A stretch of DNA of 48,149 nucleotides. It comes from Amoebidium appalachense. Lineage: Eukaryota > Protista > Ichthyosporea. Below the pieces are notes generated by a model that saw only the letters and a list, made by a program, of their open reading frames with translations, was not told the DNA's origin and ran no database searches. The stretch is from assembly GCA_963693365.1 (NCBI GenBank), contig CAVNZM010000003.1:12628603-12676751 (forward strand), given 5' to 3'. Below are positions 13,234 through 27,902 of the stretch, in pieces; position 1 is the first letter of the stretch; each line of letters starts with the position of its first letter. The translations under genes and the position numbers were made by a program.

Positions 13234-13236
<3 letters not shown>
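12931..13236 (-). repeat. Copia 5' LTR (306 bp)
   Basis: Identical by eye to 9668-9973 except the terminal base (ends CG instead of CA on the minus strand), directly followed by the PBS. Confidence 0.95.
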
Positions 13237-13320
<84 letters not shown>

Positions 13321-13550
13321 GGGTGTGTGTGTGTGTGTGTGTGTGTGTGTTCGTGTGTGTGTGTGTGTGTGTGTGTGTTCGTGTGTATGTGTGTGTGTGT
13401 GTGTCTGTGTGTGTGTCTGTGTGTTGAATGAATGTTACGTCAGCGGCCTGGCCGGGCACCAGACGAGTGAGATAGCCGGAATGCAGTGAACACATTTGAT
13501 TTTATTGGTTTCGCGGGGGGGGGGGGGGGGGGGGGGGGGGGGGAGGGAGG

Positions 13551-13598
<48 letters not shown>

Positions 13599-13638
13599 CT
13601 CTGGGAGAGAGAGAGGGGGGGGGGGGGGGGGGGGGAGG

Positions 13639-13775
<137 letters not shown>

Positions 13776-13845
13776 AGATAGAGAGATACTGTTCGGAAGA
13801 AGGAGGCGGCTTTGGAGGCGGGTGTGTGTGTGTGACACTGTCTGG

Positions 13846-13876
<31 letters not shown>

Positions 13877-16321
13877 AGTGCTTTAGGAGTTGAGAATTGC
13901 AAATGGTATTTATGTTCACGTAAAGCCGAGGCATTCCAATGTACAGGTGATCATGGTGTGAAATCAGTACTTTTCACAATGTCTTGAATCAATATTTAGA
14001 AAAAGAGCTGTTTATCACAGAATCTCACAGTTTTTCTTGGCAAGGTCATTTTTTGGTTTTTCTAGGCCCATTACTCAGAGCTCTGCGTAATGAAGGTAGG
14101 GTGCGGCGGCCTGCGGCAGTGCGGCCATAAAAATTTTCACTTCCATGTGGTTTTATCACAGGAATTTGTATGAAAGAAGCCTATTGGCTTAACGCAGATC
14201 ACCAAAACACCCCTTACACTTTTTTTGTAGACGTTAAAATGCAGCTTATTCTGAACCAGGCCAGTTTCTGTTATAGGGAAATCGCTGAATCTAGTAGTAT
14301 ACAGGGAAAATATATCCAGAAGTCATCAGCTAAAAGAATAACATTTTTTTTTCCCCCTTTTTTTACATTCATAATGTAAAAGGTTTGCTAAAAACGAATC
14401 AGAAGACATAGAAGTAGAAAGGAACTTGAGGAAGTTTAATTTCTGGAAAGCGAAAGTTGCATGTACGCGAAACCCCCCCACATTCGGAGATTGTGCAAGT
14501 TTTGAAACGACCACGTGCATATGCGAGCTTGCAGTCGTTACGAGTGTTTTTACATTTTAGGGGAAATGTTTTTTTTAGGTGGTTAGAGAATTATAAGCCC
14601 CTGGCAAGATCTTTTGGTCTGTTTAGTGTTTACGGAATTTGCTGGCGTGATCATAGATCTTGATCGGATCCATTACAAATGTCCTGCATGCATCCGATCT
14701 GTGACCATTGACAGTACATACATAGACACTGATTAATTTCCGAGAGTTAAAGGATTTCTTCCTCTTTCTTCTAATGATCTTAGCTTGACGTTTTAATACT
14801 CTTATTTTTTTTTGTGTGTGTTTTTTTTTTTGGGCCAGTGGCAGCGAAAGTAAAATGATGCATCATGCGGTGTTGGTTCGGTCAACTTCGAATCCCCATA
14901 CCCGGTTTGTGGGTCTTTGAAAAATAGAAAAAAAGAAAATAAGAAGCTCGCCAGAATCTCAGATTCAGGATCTATTAGAAACGCTTCACAGGGTGTGCAT
15001 TTTTTTGGTGTGTATACTGCGTATTAACAAATGTAAAAATATATTTCTAGTTTTGTTTTTTGTTGCATCCATCAGCTTTTTTTTTTTTTTTTTTTTTGCA
15101 CAATCTGAGTAGCTTCATGAAAGGCAAAAGGCATCATGCATACGCCGACATACGGTCATTAAACATTGAAAGTGTTAGGGAGATTTCTGTTAACCAATAG
15201 CAGCGAGCTCTATTAATAAATCCAACTCTTGAATAAAGGCTGTATTTACCACAACTATTCACTGCGCGCATCACGGCGTGTGCGTTGTGTAAACATTTCT
15301 GCTACAAACACATACACATCAGCACATGGGCATCGCCGCATCGCTACAACCTCGCTGCCTTCAGATCTAGAACTTTGAATAATCACAATCCGATGACATA
15401 AGTTTGCCCAGTGCGGGTGCCCGGCGCATGTTGCGAAGCAGGTGGGAAACTACTAGGTCCTCAACGTTACCCGTTAATGCTCCAGGGATTTGTGTAAATA
15501 GGCGATACGATTGGTCGCTTCTAAATAATAGAAGAACATTCTATTTTACCACGTTGCTTTTATCGGTTTTTCTAAGCCGCATTCCACCGGGTGACACCCG
15601 CATTCCATTCAAAACGACGAGGTTTAAATATTCTCGACCGATGGCATGCTGGGTGGAATGCGGTATGTGAAAGGTAGCGGATTCGCTTTACATAATAAAT
15701 ACCTAATCGCTAAACGGCTTTACACTTTTTGACATTCTTGGAATAGATCTATTCAATCGCAGCACTAATTAGGTAATAACGAGGATATGCTTAACAACTA
15801 GACACCAATCAACGGCAGCAATCGACTTTGACCAAAGCCGAAGTCGTTTTAAAAAATATGGACCAATCAACACATCGGAAGCAAATACCTCTTGTGTCAG
15901 CTGATCAATATGATTGGACAGGCTATTGTATGACATTAAATGCTCTAACTCTTCCTGGCATGATTTTCGCAAGTAGAATAATTCTCACAGGTGGTGGTAG
16001 GAAAAAAATCTAGAATTCATGACATATCATACCTATCAAGTTGTTTCCCACCTCGCTTCGCAAGCTCCGCCCGAAGCCGTTGAACATTTTTCACGTTCTG
16101 CTTGCGACATTGAGGCTGGGGGTTCAGAGCCAACGCCAGAAGCAACTCAATTATAAACTGAACATCGTTCTCCAAACAGAAAATATTTCTTTTCGAATTC
16201 AGACCTCACGTAACCTGAATGCCATCCTAATGCAGAGTTAACCCCTATAGTTTTATCTGGACAGTACACGCACAGGTGCGCGTAGTATGCTGGAAACATT
16301 TACCAACAAACACGACAGAAA

Positions 16322-16745
16322 ATGATACTAGAGGGTGCACGTTCATGTGCACTGGGCCCAAGGCAATCCATAATTGCCTTAGCTAGCTGTTTACTTCTCG
16401 TCATGATAGCGACCGTTTTGTTTCTTTCAGGAGCTCCGCAGTTTCCTTTCCAAAAATACGAATGCATTAGCACTAGTACTGTTCGTGTTGATCCTGTCGA
16501 GGTCTTTAACCCACCAGCCGGAACTGAAGAAAAGAGTATAAAAGGCACGAAGGACACCATGAATTCGAATGTGCAGAAAACGAATGCAAACATCCAAATG
16601 GGCGTGGAGCAATTCATTGAAGGCAAGTGACTAAGTGGGCCCATTTTTGGAACTCAAGGAGTCCCGGAAACCTGCTAATAGCCTCCCCCCCCCCCCCCCC
16701 CCCCCCCCCACGCACACACACACACACCACCACCACACCACACAC

Positions 16746-16812
<67 letters not shown>

Positions 16813-16821
16813 AGTCACAGT

Positions 16822-16904
<83 letters not shown>

Positions 16905-16954
16905 CACAGTCCCGGACACACACACACACGCACACGCACACGCACACACACACA

Positions 16955-17003
<49 letters not shown>

Positions 17004-18372
17004 ACACACCTATTTCTCAATTTCTTCTGCATGGTCTGTGTTTTCTTATCTTTTGAAGTGTCATCCTTTCGCAAATGAAACAAAAAACGGAAGGCATGCG
17101 GCACGTGAGGGTAACAGACGTCTAGACACGATGCCGATATTACAACTCTGGTGTTGACGGAGACATTATAAGCTTAGTGAATCTCAGCGGCTCCAATTAT
17201 GCCTCGATATCTGGTCCTAATCAAGTCCTTTTCTCAATGTTTGCTCCTGCATGTGCGACTGTTGTGACGTCAAATGCTCTCTTGGTTTAGGTTCTGTTTC
17301 GAATGGGGGAAGGGGGTGGGGAGGGATGACGGAAGGACCGGTCGAGAGATATTATGTCAGTAATGCCTTCAGCTGTGAAACTTGCAGTGTTTGCTGATTC
17401 CAACTGTTTTTTTTTGCTCTGCTGCGCTTTTTATTTGATATCCCTCCGTTGCAGAGTATGTGCAAGGTTACATGACTATTATCAAACCCTGGTGGCACTT
17501 CGCAACCCTCTCCCGCTCCACCTTTCCCCCCCCCCCTTTCCCCTCCCCCTCCCCCTCCCCCCCGTTCTCCCCCTCCCCCACCCCTCCCCTCGCTCCAAAA
17601 TGGTTCACCCTGCATCGTGTTGTCCGTTGTTTATGTGTACTTCGTACTTTATGGCGCATTCAAACCCAGCCTTACAGCAACCCACTCCCCCCCCCCCCCC
17701 CCCCCCCCACCCCCACCCCCCTCCGCCCCCTCCTCCCCCCCCCCCCCCGTTCCCCCCCCCCCCCCCCCGGAAGGACCTTGGCACCCCATGATAGCTTTTC
17801 TGTAGACGCCCTACACAATTTTATCACAGTACTAACCAATCAAATCACAGAGCAAGCAGACATGCCCGGACTGCCTTCCCCCTTTGTAGATCTCACGGCT
17901 GGCCAACGGTGTGACGTCATGCAAGCCAACCTCGGAACGGAAGAAACGGTTGCGAAAATGTGCAAAGTTGAAGCTGAAAATAATAACGGTAATGTGACGG
18001 TTACGATAAATGCGAGAGATCAAAACGGGAAAAAACGAAATTACGGAGGGGATGCATTCCGATGCGAACTTACTCAGACCGCTGCACCAATCAAATCTTC
18101 CGATGATTTTACCGCTCCGAGTCGGCCTTTTCATTCGTACGCTTTTAGTTATGACCATTGCAACGGCACCTACACGTGCACTTTTGATATGCGGCAGGCG
18201 GCCGCGGGCAAATATCACGTAAAATTGGTGCATTTGTCGAAACATTTTTCGCATGAGATGCATCTTATAGACCCCCCCACATGTGGGGGCACTATTGGGG
18301 CAAAGTATTACAATGCGTCGCAGTTAGTGGAAGTGGGAATGATGCCGACTGAAGAGGTGTGTTATGATAAGA

Positions 18373-18412
<40 letters not shown>

Positions 18413-18540
18413 AGCCACCACCACCACCACCAACACACCGCCACTGCCACCGCCGCCGTCACACACACGTACACACACAACCTTTCTCCCGCAGTATCAT
18501 ACACACAAGAACCCCCCTCCCCCCGGTGCACACACGTACC

Positions 18541-18604
<64 letters not shown>

Positions 18605-18832
18605 CACACACACACACGCCTTCTCTCTTCCCCGGGGACACACACAGGAAGTTCCCTTTAACAGGTAGTGGCACAGCTACCGTAACCCAGACATGTGCCC
18701 CTACGGGTTTCACGCAACAATCTGTCGCACACACACATTGTCAACATACGTGCACTCGCCCACATGCACACACGAACAGGCAGTAACCAAACAAGGGTGA
18801 TACTGACACACACAAAGACACACACGCGCGCG

Positions 18833-18915
<83 letters not shown>

Positions 18916-20284
18916 ACATATAAAACTTTTGTTGAACACGCACACGAACACACGAACACATAGGCACACACACACACACATACACACACACTGACATATA
19001 AAACATTTTGCTGTACACCGTACACACACCGTTCTCTTTTCAACCATAAAGAGTACAACTTACATGCACACTAACACATGCACACAGTATGCTTCATACT
19101 CGCACATGCACAAAGCACACCGTTCACAGAAACCGCTCTCCTTCACGTGATTCTAATCATTGTGACAAAGCCCATATGCATACACAAGTCAGATTGGTGC
19201 AGAAAAAGTGACATCCAATATCAATATTCGCACATAGCACCCAAATTTTGCTGTCTTCATAATCTGATTCAATTATCTGTTCATCCGCTTCACTATGACA
19301 ATGTTACTGTTTCTGACTAATGGGGCCGAAAAGAGGTGTTTTTGGAACAAACAATGATACATCAGCCCTTTCACTTACCCAGTTTTTATTTCTTCTTCTT
19401 TTTTCCTTTCTTCACAGACCCCCTTTGGCAACGTAGCCATCAGTATCTCATCTCCCACCAAGCCCCTCTCCACCTCCCACCTTCCAAAATGCACCATGGA
19501 AAGCCCGTCAAAGGGTAGATGGGTATCGCAGGAAGCGTGCTTTCCCGAAGTTTCGGACGATTCCGACGACAATGAATTTTCAACCGATTTGCAAGAAATC
19601 CCCCCGTGCAGGGGTGGAAACGAGAGAATGCGAGTGGTTGACGCATCGGTGTGGGTCCCATATGAATGTAGGATGAAATATATTTCTCCGGATGAATTTG
19701 CGAGAAAGGCGGTGGAGGCTGGGGAGACTCGAATCGCGCTCTTGGGGGATAGCCGATCGTACAACCTGTGGTTGGTTTTGTCTCAGTTTCTGAAAAATCC
19801 CCGGATTGAGGACGATGGAATTATGAGCAAAGAGGTGGGTACGAAAACTGCACACGTCGCGTGTGCACGCATCTCGCAGGAGAAGAGTGAGGGAGAGAGG
19901 GGGAGGGGGGGGGGGGGGAGGGGGGGGGGGGGAGGGGAAGGGGGGAGGGAGGAAAGGGAGGTACATACTTAAGCCAACAACACTCCCACACACACAACCA
20001 CGCACACACAAACGCGTCAACCCCCCCCCCCCCCCCCCCCCTCCCCACCACCACCACCACCACACACGCACACGCACACACACACACACGCACACACACA
20101 CGTGTGCGCAAAGCACACAGGTCCAAACTCGGACATGGCCAACGCACAAAAGCATTCACACAAGCACACGTACGCACCAGTAAGCACGAACACACACGCA
20201 TGCACACACATACAAACCCAAGCACACACTCTCCCATGCACAAGCATGCAGGCACGTGCGCTTGCGCGCCCACACACACACACG

Positions 20285-20380
<96 letters not shown>

Positions 20381-21691
20381 AACACACGTGTGCACTCACA
20401 AACGACACACACACACACGCAAGAACCGTTACAAACAGGCATGCAATTTCTCTCCGTAATCAGAACCATGCAGGCACGCACACACACATAAACATACACG
20501 CACTAATAAACACACATGAACACATACACACATCTGAAAGCGCGGTCACACATACACAAGCAGGAGCATACATACAGATGCACACAGCCAGAGACTCTAT
20601 CCTCCCCTCCCCCCCTCCCCCCTCTCCCTCCCCCTCCCCTCCCCTCCCCCCCAAAGAAACACACACGAGTATAAATCAGTGTATCTTTGTTTGTCCATAT
20701 GGTGGCTGTTGAGGGTTGGGGCGGAAGGGTGGGCAGGGCACAAGTACATATAAGGAGCGTGAGGAGAAGGGAGGATAGAGAGGGATGCAGAGAGGGAGGG
20801 AGAAGGAGACATGCACCTAATGAGGGGGAGAAAGGGAGAGAAAGAAACTCGGAGAGAAGATGGTAGAGAGAGAGAGAGAGAGAGAGAGGCAGCGGGAGAG
20901 GGAGCCATGCGAGGGACAAGCGGAGAGTCGGAGGCCCGGAGATACATATTCGACATCACAGGAACAAAGGTAGCAGATCATGTTAAAAGGAGACGTTTCC
21001 AACATATGGCAAACCGTCGATACAAATGTGAGTGACTCTGATACCAATTACTATTTCAGGATTTTGACTACTTCAGTGATCGGCATTTCGGAATCAAGAC
21101 GGATTACGCAGGCAAGAGGGTCGATTACAACTCATACACGGCGAGAAACATAACGGTGAACTTTTTCGAAGCGTTTGGTTCGGCGCCCCAATTTACACAA
21201 TTCCCCTGTATGGAACCCCCCCGCATAGTGAATGACGATTACACAGCTTCACGGGCGTGCGGGAACCTGTCGTCGAAAATGGACGCTTTGTTTTCGGTGG
21301 AGCCGTCGGAGCAACACGACGTGCTAATCGTACAAGATGGGGGGGTTCATGAAATGTTTCACAGTTTTTCCGAATCGTGGCACACTTGGCAAGTGCATAA
21401 CATGATTTCCACGATCAAGGAGAAATTCAGGGGGAAACGCGTAATTTACATGACTGTCCCGGCAGCAATGACGCAGAAATTTCTTTCCGGATATGCCGTG
21501 AGATCGGCTTATCATCAATGGAGATTAGCGCAGATCGGCCGAAAATGACGGCGACTAGAGGGGATCGATATTTTGATGCGGTGCATTTTTACCCTCAGTA
21601 TTACTATCAGAGACCGTGGAATGAGGTGCCGATGCTTTTGGTGCATGAACTGGCGCAGGATTTGGTAAATCGCATGTATGCATGGGAGTAG
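16322..21691 (+). CDS. Type II membrane NXPE/PC-esterase (SGNH-like acyltransferase/esterase) family gene with a filamin/Ig-like domain; exons 16322-16622, 17806-18356, 19418-19834, 21060-21548/21691; frameshift in last exon
   Basis: All four exons join in phase (donors GCAAGT, GTGTGT, GTGGGT; acceptors TGTAG, CACAG, TTCAG). N-terminal TM ([20 protein letters not shown]); [16 protein letters not shown]...NGTYTC; LPKC...GRW...WVPYEC; IALLGDS; C-terminal FDAVHF (DxxH) lies in the -1 frame after TGA at 21546-21548. Confidence 0.8.
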
Positions 21692-22446
21692 GGGTGATTA
21701 AGATCGGCCGTGTTGCTAGTGTAGTATAATGTAATGTGGAAAATTTAGTCAGTAATATGATTTATGTTTTTGCAGAGAGCTTTCGTCTCACCACCGTAGT
21801 ATGTGCTGTGGTTTGGCTGCAAGTTCAATCTCCTGCCGCCAAGCCAACTTTTACCACGTCCTATTGTGGAAATCGAAGAGCCCGGGTATGAGTTTTTTGT
21901 TTTATTTAGACTTCCATGTGTGATTTCTGTAGGAACGGCAAACCGACGTGCAGCAGTGCTAGTGTGTGCCGTGCCTTGGGTTGAATTGACGCAAATCCAA
22001 AAAGAAGGTTTATAAATGTCTTAGTATAGTAGTCTTAGTATAGTAGTGTTGCAGCTGACTATTGCAACTGTGGTAACTTTGTGTGTTTCAAGGGTTGAAA
22101 GCGAAAACTTAACGATTTGTTTGCCAAGTTACCCTAGTTTAACACCACCACCACAACATGGTGATCTCTTGCAGAGCCAGTTGTGCTCGGATGGTATTCT
22201 AATCGTGTAAATATTGTGTAGTTATGATTGCATAATGAAAAAGTCTTGCGTTTGTACGCAGGAGATAAAAAAGCAGCTACTAGAACAGGTTGCCTCATTA
22301 CGTAAATTTCTGTAAGTTAAGTTGGTTACCTGGAGTGCTACCTGGGAAGCGTAAAGAAAATCAAGGAATTTTGCCGTTTCGTTTCCGATTTTGCTTTGAG
22401 GGCCCCTCCCCTCCCCTCCCCCCCCTCCCCAACACCACGTGCAACA

Positions 22447-23302
<856 letters not shown>

Positions 23303-24441
23303 TGTACACGTTGCAATTGCGTGCTTTTTTTTTGCAGGGAGTGGGAGGGGAATCGAGAATTGCTGGGTCGGTAAGTCTGTAAATGTGCTCTACCAGTATA
23401 CTACACGTTATGTGTGTATGTGTGTGCAAGTAATATGCTTGTTCAATGTTTGAGTGTGGTTAAAACTAAAAATTTCCAATCCAAAAACTACAAGTTTGGC
23501 GCCCAAACAAGTATACGGGGTGCCGATCCCTAGCCCTGAGTTTCGTAATCTGTAGCCAATAGGAAACGACACTATTTTTAGTACTACTGATATGCATGAT
23601 CATCATCCTAGGATATGCTCTTGCTGGTTGCACCGCCTTTGTTTCCACTCAGCTTCCCGCCAAAAAACAGCTTTGGGATTATGCGGTACTCCAAGTTATG
23701 AAGCCATCCAATTTCCGGCAGTTTTCAGAGCATATTACAGGCCGCTGAGCCATACAGTATATATATATAATAAACAATCATTGAATAATGATAGTACTAG
23801 TAATAATTATAATACTATAATTTCAAAACACGTGGTAAAAAAGCACATTTACAAGTATGTGGAGGATGCACATGGGGTTTGTTCATGTACATGCTTTCTT
23901 TCATCCACCCTCTCTTTTTTATAAGCTCTTGAGTTTTTTTTAATCCAAACTTTGTTGAATCACGATGGTTCTTTAAATAGTACTGCCCTAAGGGTGGCAT
24001 GCAAATTAAGGGATACTTGTTTTAGAATTTTCAATTTCCGTGTATGATGATTGCATAGAATTATGTTATGGGCTCGGGTGTGGATTCAGCTCGTGGCCGG
24101 CAAATTTAAAGGGCACGGAGGAGGAAAGGAGATAGTGGGTGAGTGGGGGGGAAGGGGGGGAAGGGGAGGAAGCTTAGATTTTTAGGGAGGGGAGGGAGGG
24201 GGGAAGGGGGAGAGTGAGTAGAAGCTCAGGGATTTAGAGGGAGGGCCGGAGGGAGGGGGGGGAAAGGGGGGGGGGAGGGGGGGGAAGGCGGAGGTTTAGA
24301 GAGAGGGAGGAAGGGAGGAGCGGGGAGGGGGGAGTGGGAAGAAGGCAAGGATCTAAAAAGAAAGGGAAGGAGGGAGGGAGGGGGGGGGGGGGGGGGGTCA
24401 GTCTTTTTTTGATCGGTTTGCAGTCATTCCGAGGGCCCGTG

Positions 24442-24486
<45 letters not shown>

Positions 24487-25255
24487 GTGGGGCAGCCACT
24501 GGGAATCTGAAACCAATCTTCAACATGCTTACAGACAACGTGGTAGTTGGGAAAAGGCTTTAAGTTACCGGCCCGGAAGTTTGAATGAGGTCCGCTGGTG
24601 TGATGTGTCAACTCTGTCCATTTGGTGTAAGTTAGATTTACTTATTGATTCCCCCACCCCCCACCCCCCCACCCCTTGACACACACACATCCACACATAT
24701 AAAACACACAAGTCTTAGAGAAACAGAATTGGGGGGGGGGGGGGGGGGAGGGGGGGGGGGAGGAAGAAGGAGAGGATCCGGAGCGGGTTGGGGGGACTCA
24801 CTTTGATGAACATGCGGGGAAAGCAACTGGCAGTAAACGCAAAAGTCTTAACGTTAGAGTGGACTGAGCGCTTGAATGTTCGTTTGAATCAACGGTGGTG
24901 GTAGTGATTTGGGGAGAATTTGGGCAGCCTCGGGGATGGAGGAGGAGGAAGGGAAGGGGGGAGGAGGGGGGAGATTTCGAGAGCGAGCCCCTGCCGTATG
25001 ACCCCCCTCCCTCCCCTCCCCCCCCCCCGCGACCTTTTTTTTTCTTGGGGGCCTAACAGGGTACTCTTATTACATTGTGGCCTCCCCCGCCTCTTTCCCC
25101 CCTCTCGCCACACACCTAAAAAGTACATCTCATTCCACAACGGACAACACAATGCAGATTTTGCAAAGCACACACCAAGACCATGCATCATAAAACGAGC
25201 CCATCCTCACGGAGTGCCCAAGTTATCTGCAGTACACGCCCCAGGAGAGAGAGAG

Positions 25256-25318
<63 letters not shown>

Positions 25319-25514
25319 TTCAACGTGCCAGATGAAAGACGGCAGCTTTCATTTATCATACCAAGCCCTTCAACATCACACCACCTTGGTAAACATATAA
25401 ATCTATTGACACTCCCTCTCACGCTTTTAGGTCGGGAAATGAGTATACGTGGCATGTGCGAAAGTGTGAACTATGACGGATAAAAAAACGGTGTACACAG
25501 CACAAATTTCTTCA

Positions 25515-25547
<33 letters not shown>

Positions 25548-26139
25548 AGAAAAGAAACTTCCAAACTCACCTCGAGAGAACATACAGCATGTTTCTGCCG
25601 TCTAATCATTTGGTGAACCAAAGACAAACACCTTAAAGTTATGGGAACTCTTGAGTTTGATACAGAGACCCTAAGCTCACATTTTCAAATGCTTCCGCCA
25701 CAGCCTTGGTTCCATACCTACAGCCAGGAAGAGCCGAAGATTAGCAAAAAAAGCTATGTGCAGGAAATACCAAAAGTAAGGGTGACACCGGCCAGAGGAA
25801 AAACTTTTAAAATTCACTGTAAGGCTGGTTATTCTATATCCCAGTAAAATATAAAAACCTTTGAGAAAAGGCACACAATATGCAAACACACAAACGTTCT
25901 ACACTCACACTCACACACATACAAACACGTCCACAAAGACGGTAACAGAACTGAGGTATATACAAAAACGCAGCCCAACCCCCCCCCCCCCCCCCCCCCC
26001 CTCCAAACCACCACCACCACACACACACACACATACACACACAACCAAAACCACTCCGGTTCCCTAAAAATAAACAAACAGAAAATTCTCCCCCCTCTCT
26101 CCCCCCCCGCCCTCCCCTTCCCCCCTCCCCCACTCCCTT

Positions 26140-27309
26140 CTACATGACTTTAGCCAACTCCTCCTGCACAAATGCCGCCAGTTCAGGGTTGTTCTTTGCT
26201 GGGTGGGACTTCGCGTGGCTGATGAATTGATCCTTGGCAAGAAAACCCCGCCCACACACCTTGCACTTGTAACCGCGCTGGATCGCCGAATGTTTCTCCT
26301 CAACATGCTGCATGAGCTGACGCATGTATGTGAACGTTTCGCGGCAATACGGCGCCACACACCCATATTTCCCCGTGTGTTTCTGGTGGTGCACCGCGAG
26401 CGCGCTTAGCTGGTCAAAAGACGCCCAGCACGTAACATGGATGCAAACGAACTTAGCATCCTTGGCATGTTCCTGCATGTGCTTGTTCAGCGCTTCCTGG
26501 TCTGGGAATGTCTTCGAGCATCCGGTCTTACCACACTTGTAGGGCATGTATCTCTCGTGCCATTTCAAGTGTCTGTTCAACGCCCCCTGTGTTTCGAAAC
26601 CCGCCTGGCAACCAGGCTCGCTGCATTTGAACGCCGATTGGCTCATGTTCGGGTGGGTCTTTGCGTGTGCCGCCAACTCCGGCTGGGTAGGAAACTCCTT
26701 TCCACAGTTCGGTAAAAGACACTTGAACACACGGTTTGCCGCGTGTGCAACAACATTAGGAGCACGACGGATTTCCGGGATTTCACCGACTTCATCCTTG
26801 CATTTGTGAAGCGCGCACGAGTGCTGGGTACCGCCTGGGTGGGTCCTCTGGAAGTGCTCAATGGCTGCGTTCGTGTTTGGAAGAACGGCGACGCAGTTTG
26901 GGAACATGCAGAAGTAAGGTTTTTTGTTCCTGTGTGCTTTGAACTGATGTTCCGCCAACAGGTAGTAGTGCTGGAAGGACATGCGGCAGTCACGGCAATT
27001 ATAAGGCATAAGCCCCTCGTGTGACTGTAAATGCTTCAAAACATCACCCGCACGCTGTAACTGCTCGTCACATCCCATACGGCAAAACGCAAAATCGTCC
27101 GTTCCGTGCACCCTCCACAGATGTTCCATAACATGGTCCGGGGGGCCGTAGCCGCTATTGTCCGCATCCGGGCAGTCTTTGCGTGCGCATTGGTACATGA
27201 AATTTGCATTGTTTGGCTCTTCACCCCTGTGATCTTCACAGAGATGTTGGATGACTTCGCTGGCGCGAACAAACACCCATGTGCACTCACTTCGAGGGCA
27301 GCGGTACAT
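26140..27309 (-). CDS. Multi-C2H2 zinc finger protein (about 11 fingers, about 389 aa from MYRCPRSEC)
   Basis: Repeated C-x2-4-C...H-x3-4-H units, e.g. FKCLLPNCGKEFPTQPELAAHAKTH, YKCGKTGCSKTFPDQEALNKHMQEH, YKCKVCGRGFLAKDQFISHAKSH. First ATG at 27309; an upstream exon cannot be excluded. Confidence 0.88.
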   Translation of the reverse strand: MYRCPRSECTWVFVRASEVIQHLCEDHRGEEPNNANFMYQCARKDCPDADNSGYGPPDHVMEHLWRVHGTDDFAFCRMGCDEQLQRAGDVLKHLQSHEGLMPYNCRDCRMSFQHYYLLAEHQFKAHRNKKPYFCMFPNCVAVLPNTNAAIEHFQRTHPGGTQHSCALHKCKDEVGEIPEIRRAPNVVAHAANRVFKCLLPNCGKEFPTQPELAAHAKTHPNMSQSAFKCSEPGCQAGFETQGALNRHLKWHERYMPYKCGKTGCSKTFPDQEALNKHMQEHAKDAKFVCIHVTCWASFDQLSALAVHHQKHTGKYGCVAPYCRETFTYMRQLMQHVEEKHSAIQRGYKCKVCGRGFLAKDQFISHAKSHPAKNNPELAAFVQEELAKVM

Positions 27310-27819
27310 GTTGGCTTGTGTCGAGCGAGAGTGAAAGAATGAAACGTTAATAACGTGTGAAATTCGTACACGTGTGATCCTGGGGCAAGAAAGAGAGTAA
27401 CAGAGAGAGAGTTCTAGTTCAGCTGGTGTTGTTGTTGATGTTTCGGCTATACACGAGAGTGTATGAAGGGAGACAGAGCGGACAGGTAAAGAAAAGTCAA
27501 GAAGACCTGCTCTATCCAAAAAAAACTTCAAAAAAAGGTAAGCTGACAAAAGCACCAAAAAATCTAGGATCGCTTGGCTGTATAACTACGCCGATTATTC
27601 TCCGGTTTTTCATGTACCCGTGTCCTTTTGCACCGTCCAGAAACGGTTGAAGTTAACGTTGCGGCGGCTGCGCTTTGCTTTGCTGTTTGCGAAGCCTTGA
27701 AGCGCGATTCTTTCCGCCAACCGTCATGTGCTATATTTAGAGCGTAACCCTATTTTTAGCGCTAGCCTTGGGCGATTTGTCTCGCCCGGAATATCCCCCC
27801 CCCCCTCCCCCCCTCCCCT

Positions 27820-27860
<41 letters not shown>

Positions 27861-27867
27861 ACACACA

Positions 27868-27902
<35 letters not shown>

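Larger units (their letters stand above)
9668..13236 (-). mobile_element. Ty1/Copia LTR retrotransposon, internally deleted (non-autonomous), 3569 bp
   Basis: Two 306-bp LTRs (9668-9973, 12931-13236) reading TGTCGAAC...CTAAGTTAC(A/G) on the minus strand. PBS GGTTACGGACCCAG next to the 5' LTR, PPT AAGTGGGGG before the 3' LTR, TGTGT on both flanks (9663-9667, 13237-13241). Domain order gag-PR-IN. Confidence 0.96.

Noticed and set aside
14077-14603. Possible hAT-like MITE (CAGAGCT...GCCCCTG)
   Set aside because: Termini match poorly and there is no 8-bp TSD.
27310-27558. N-terminal extension of the zinc-finger ORF in the ORF track
   Set aside because: Starts at a non-ATG codon and reads like UTR or intron sequence.
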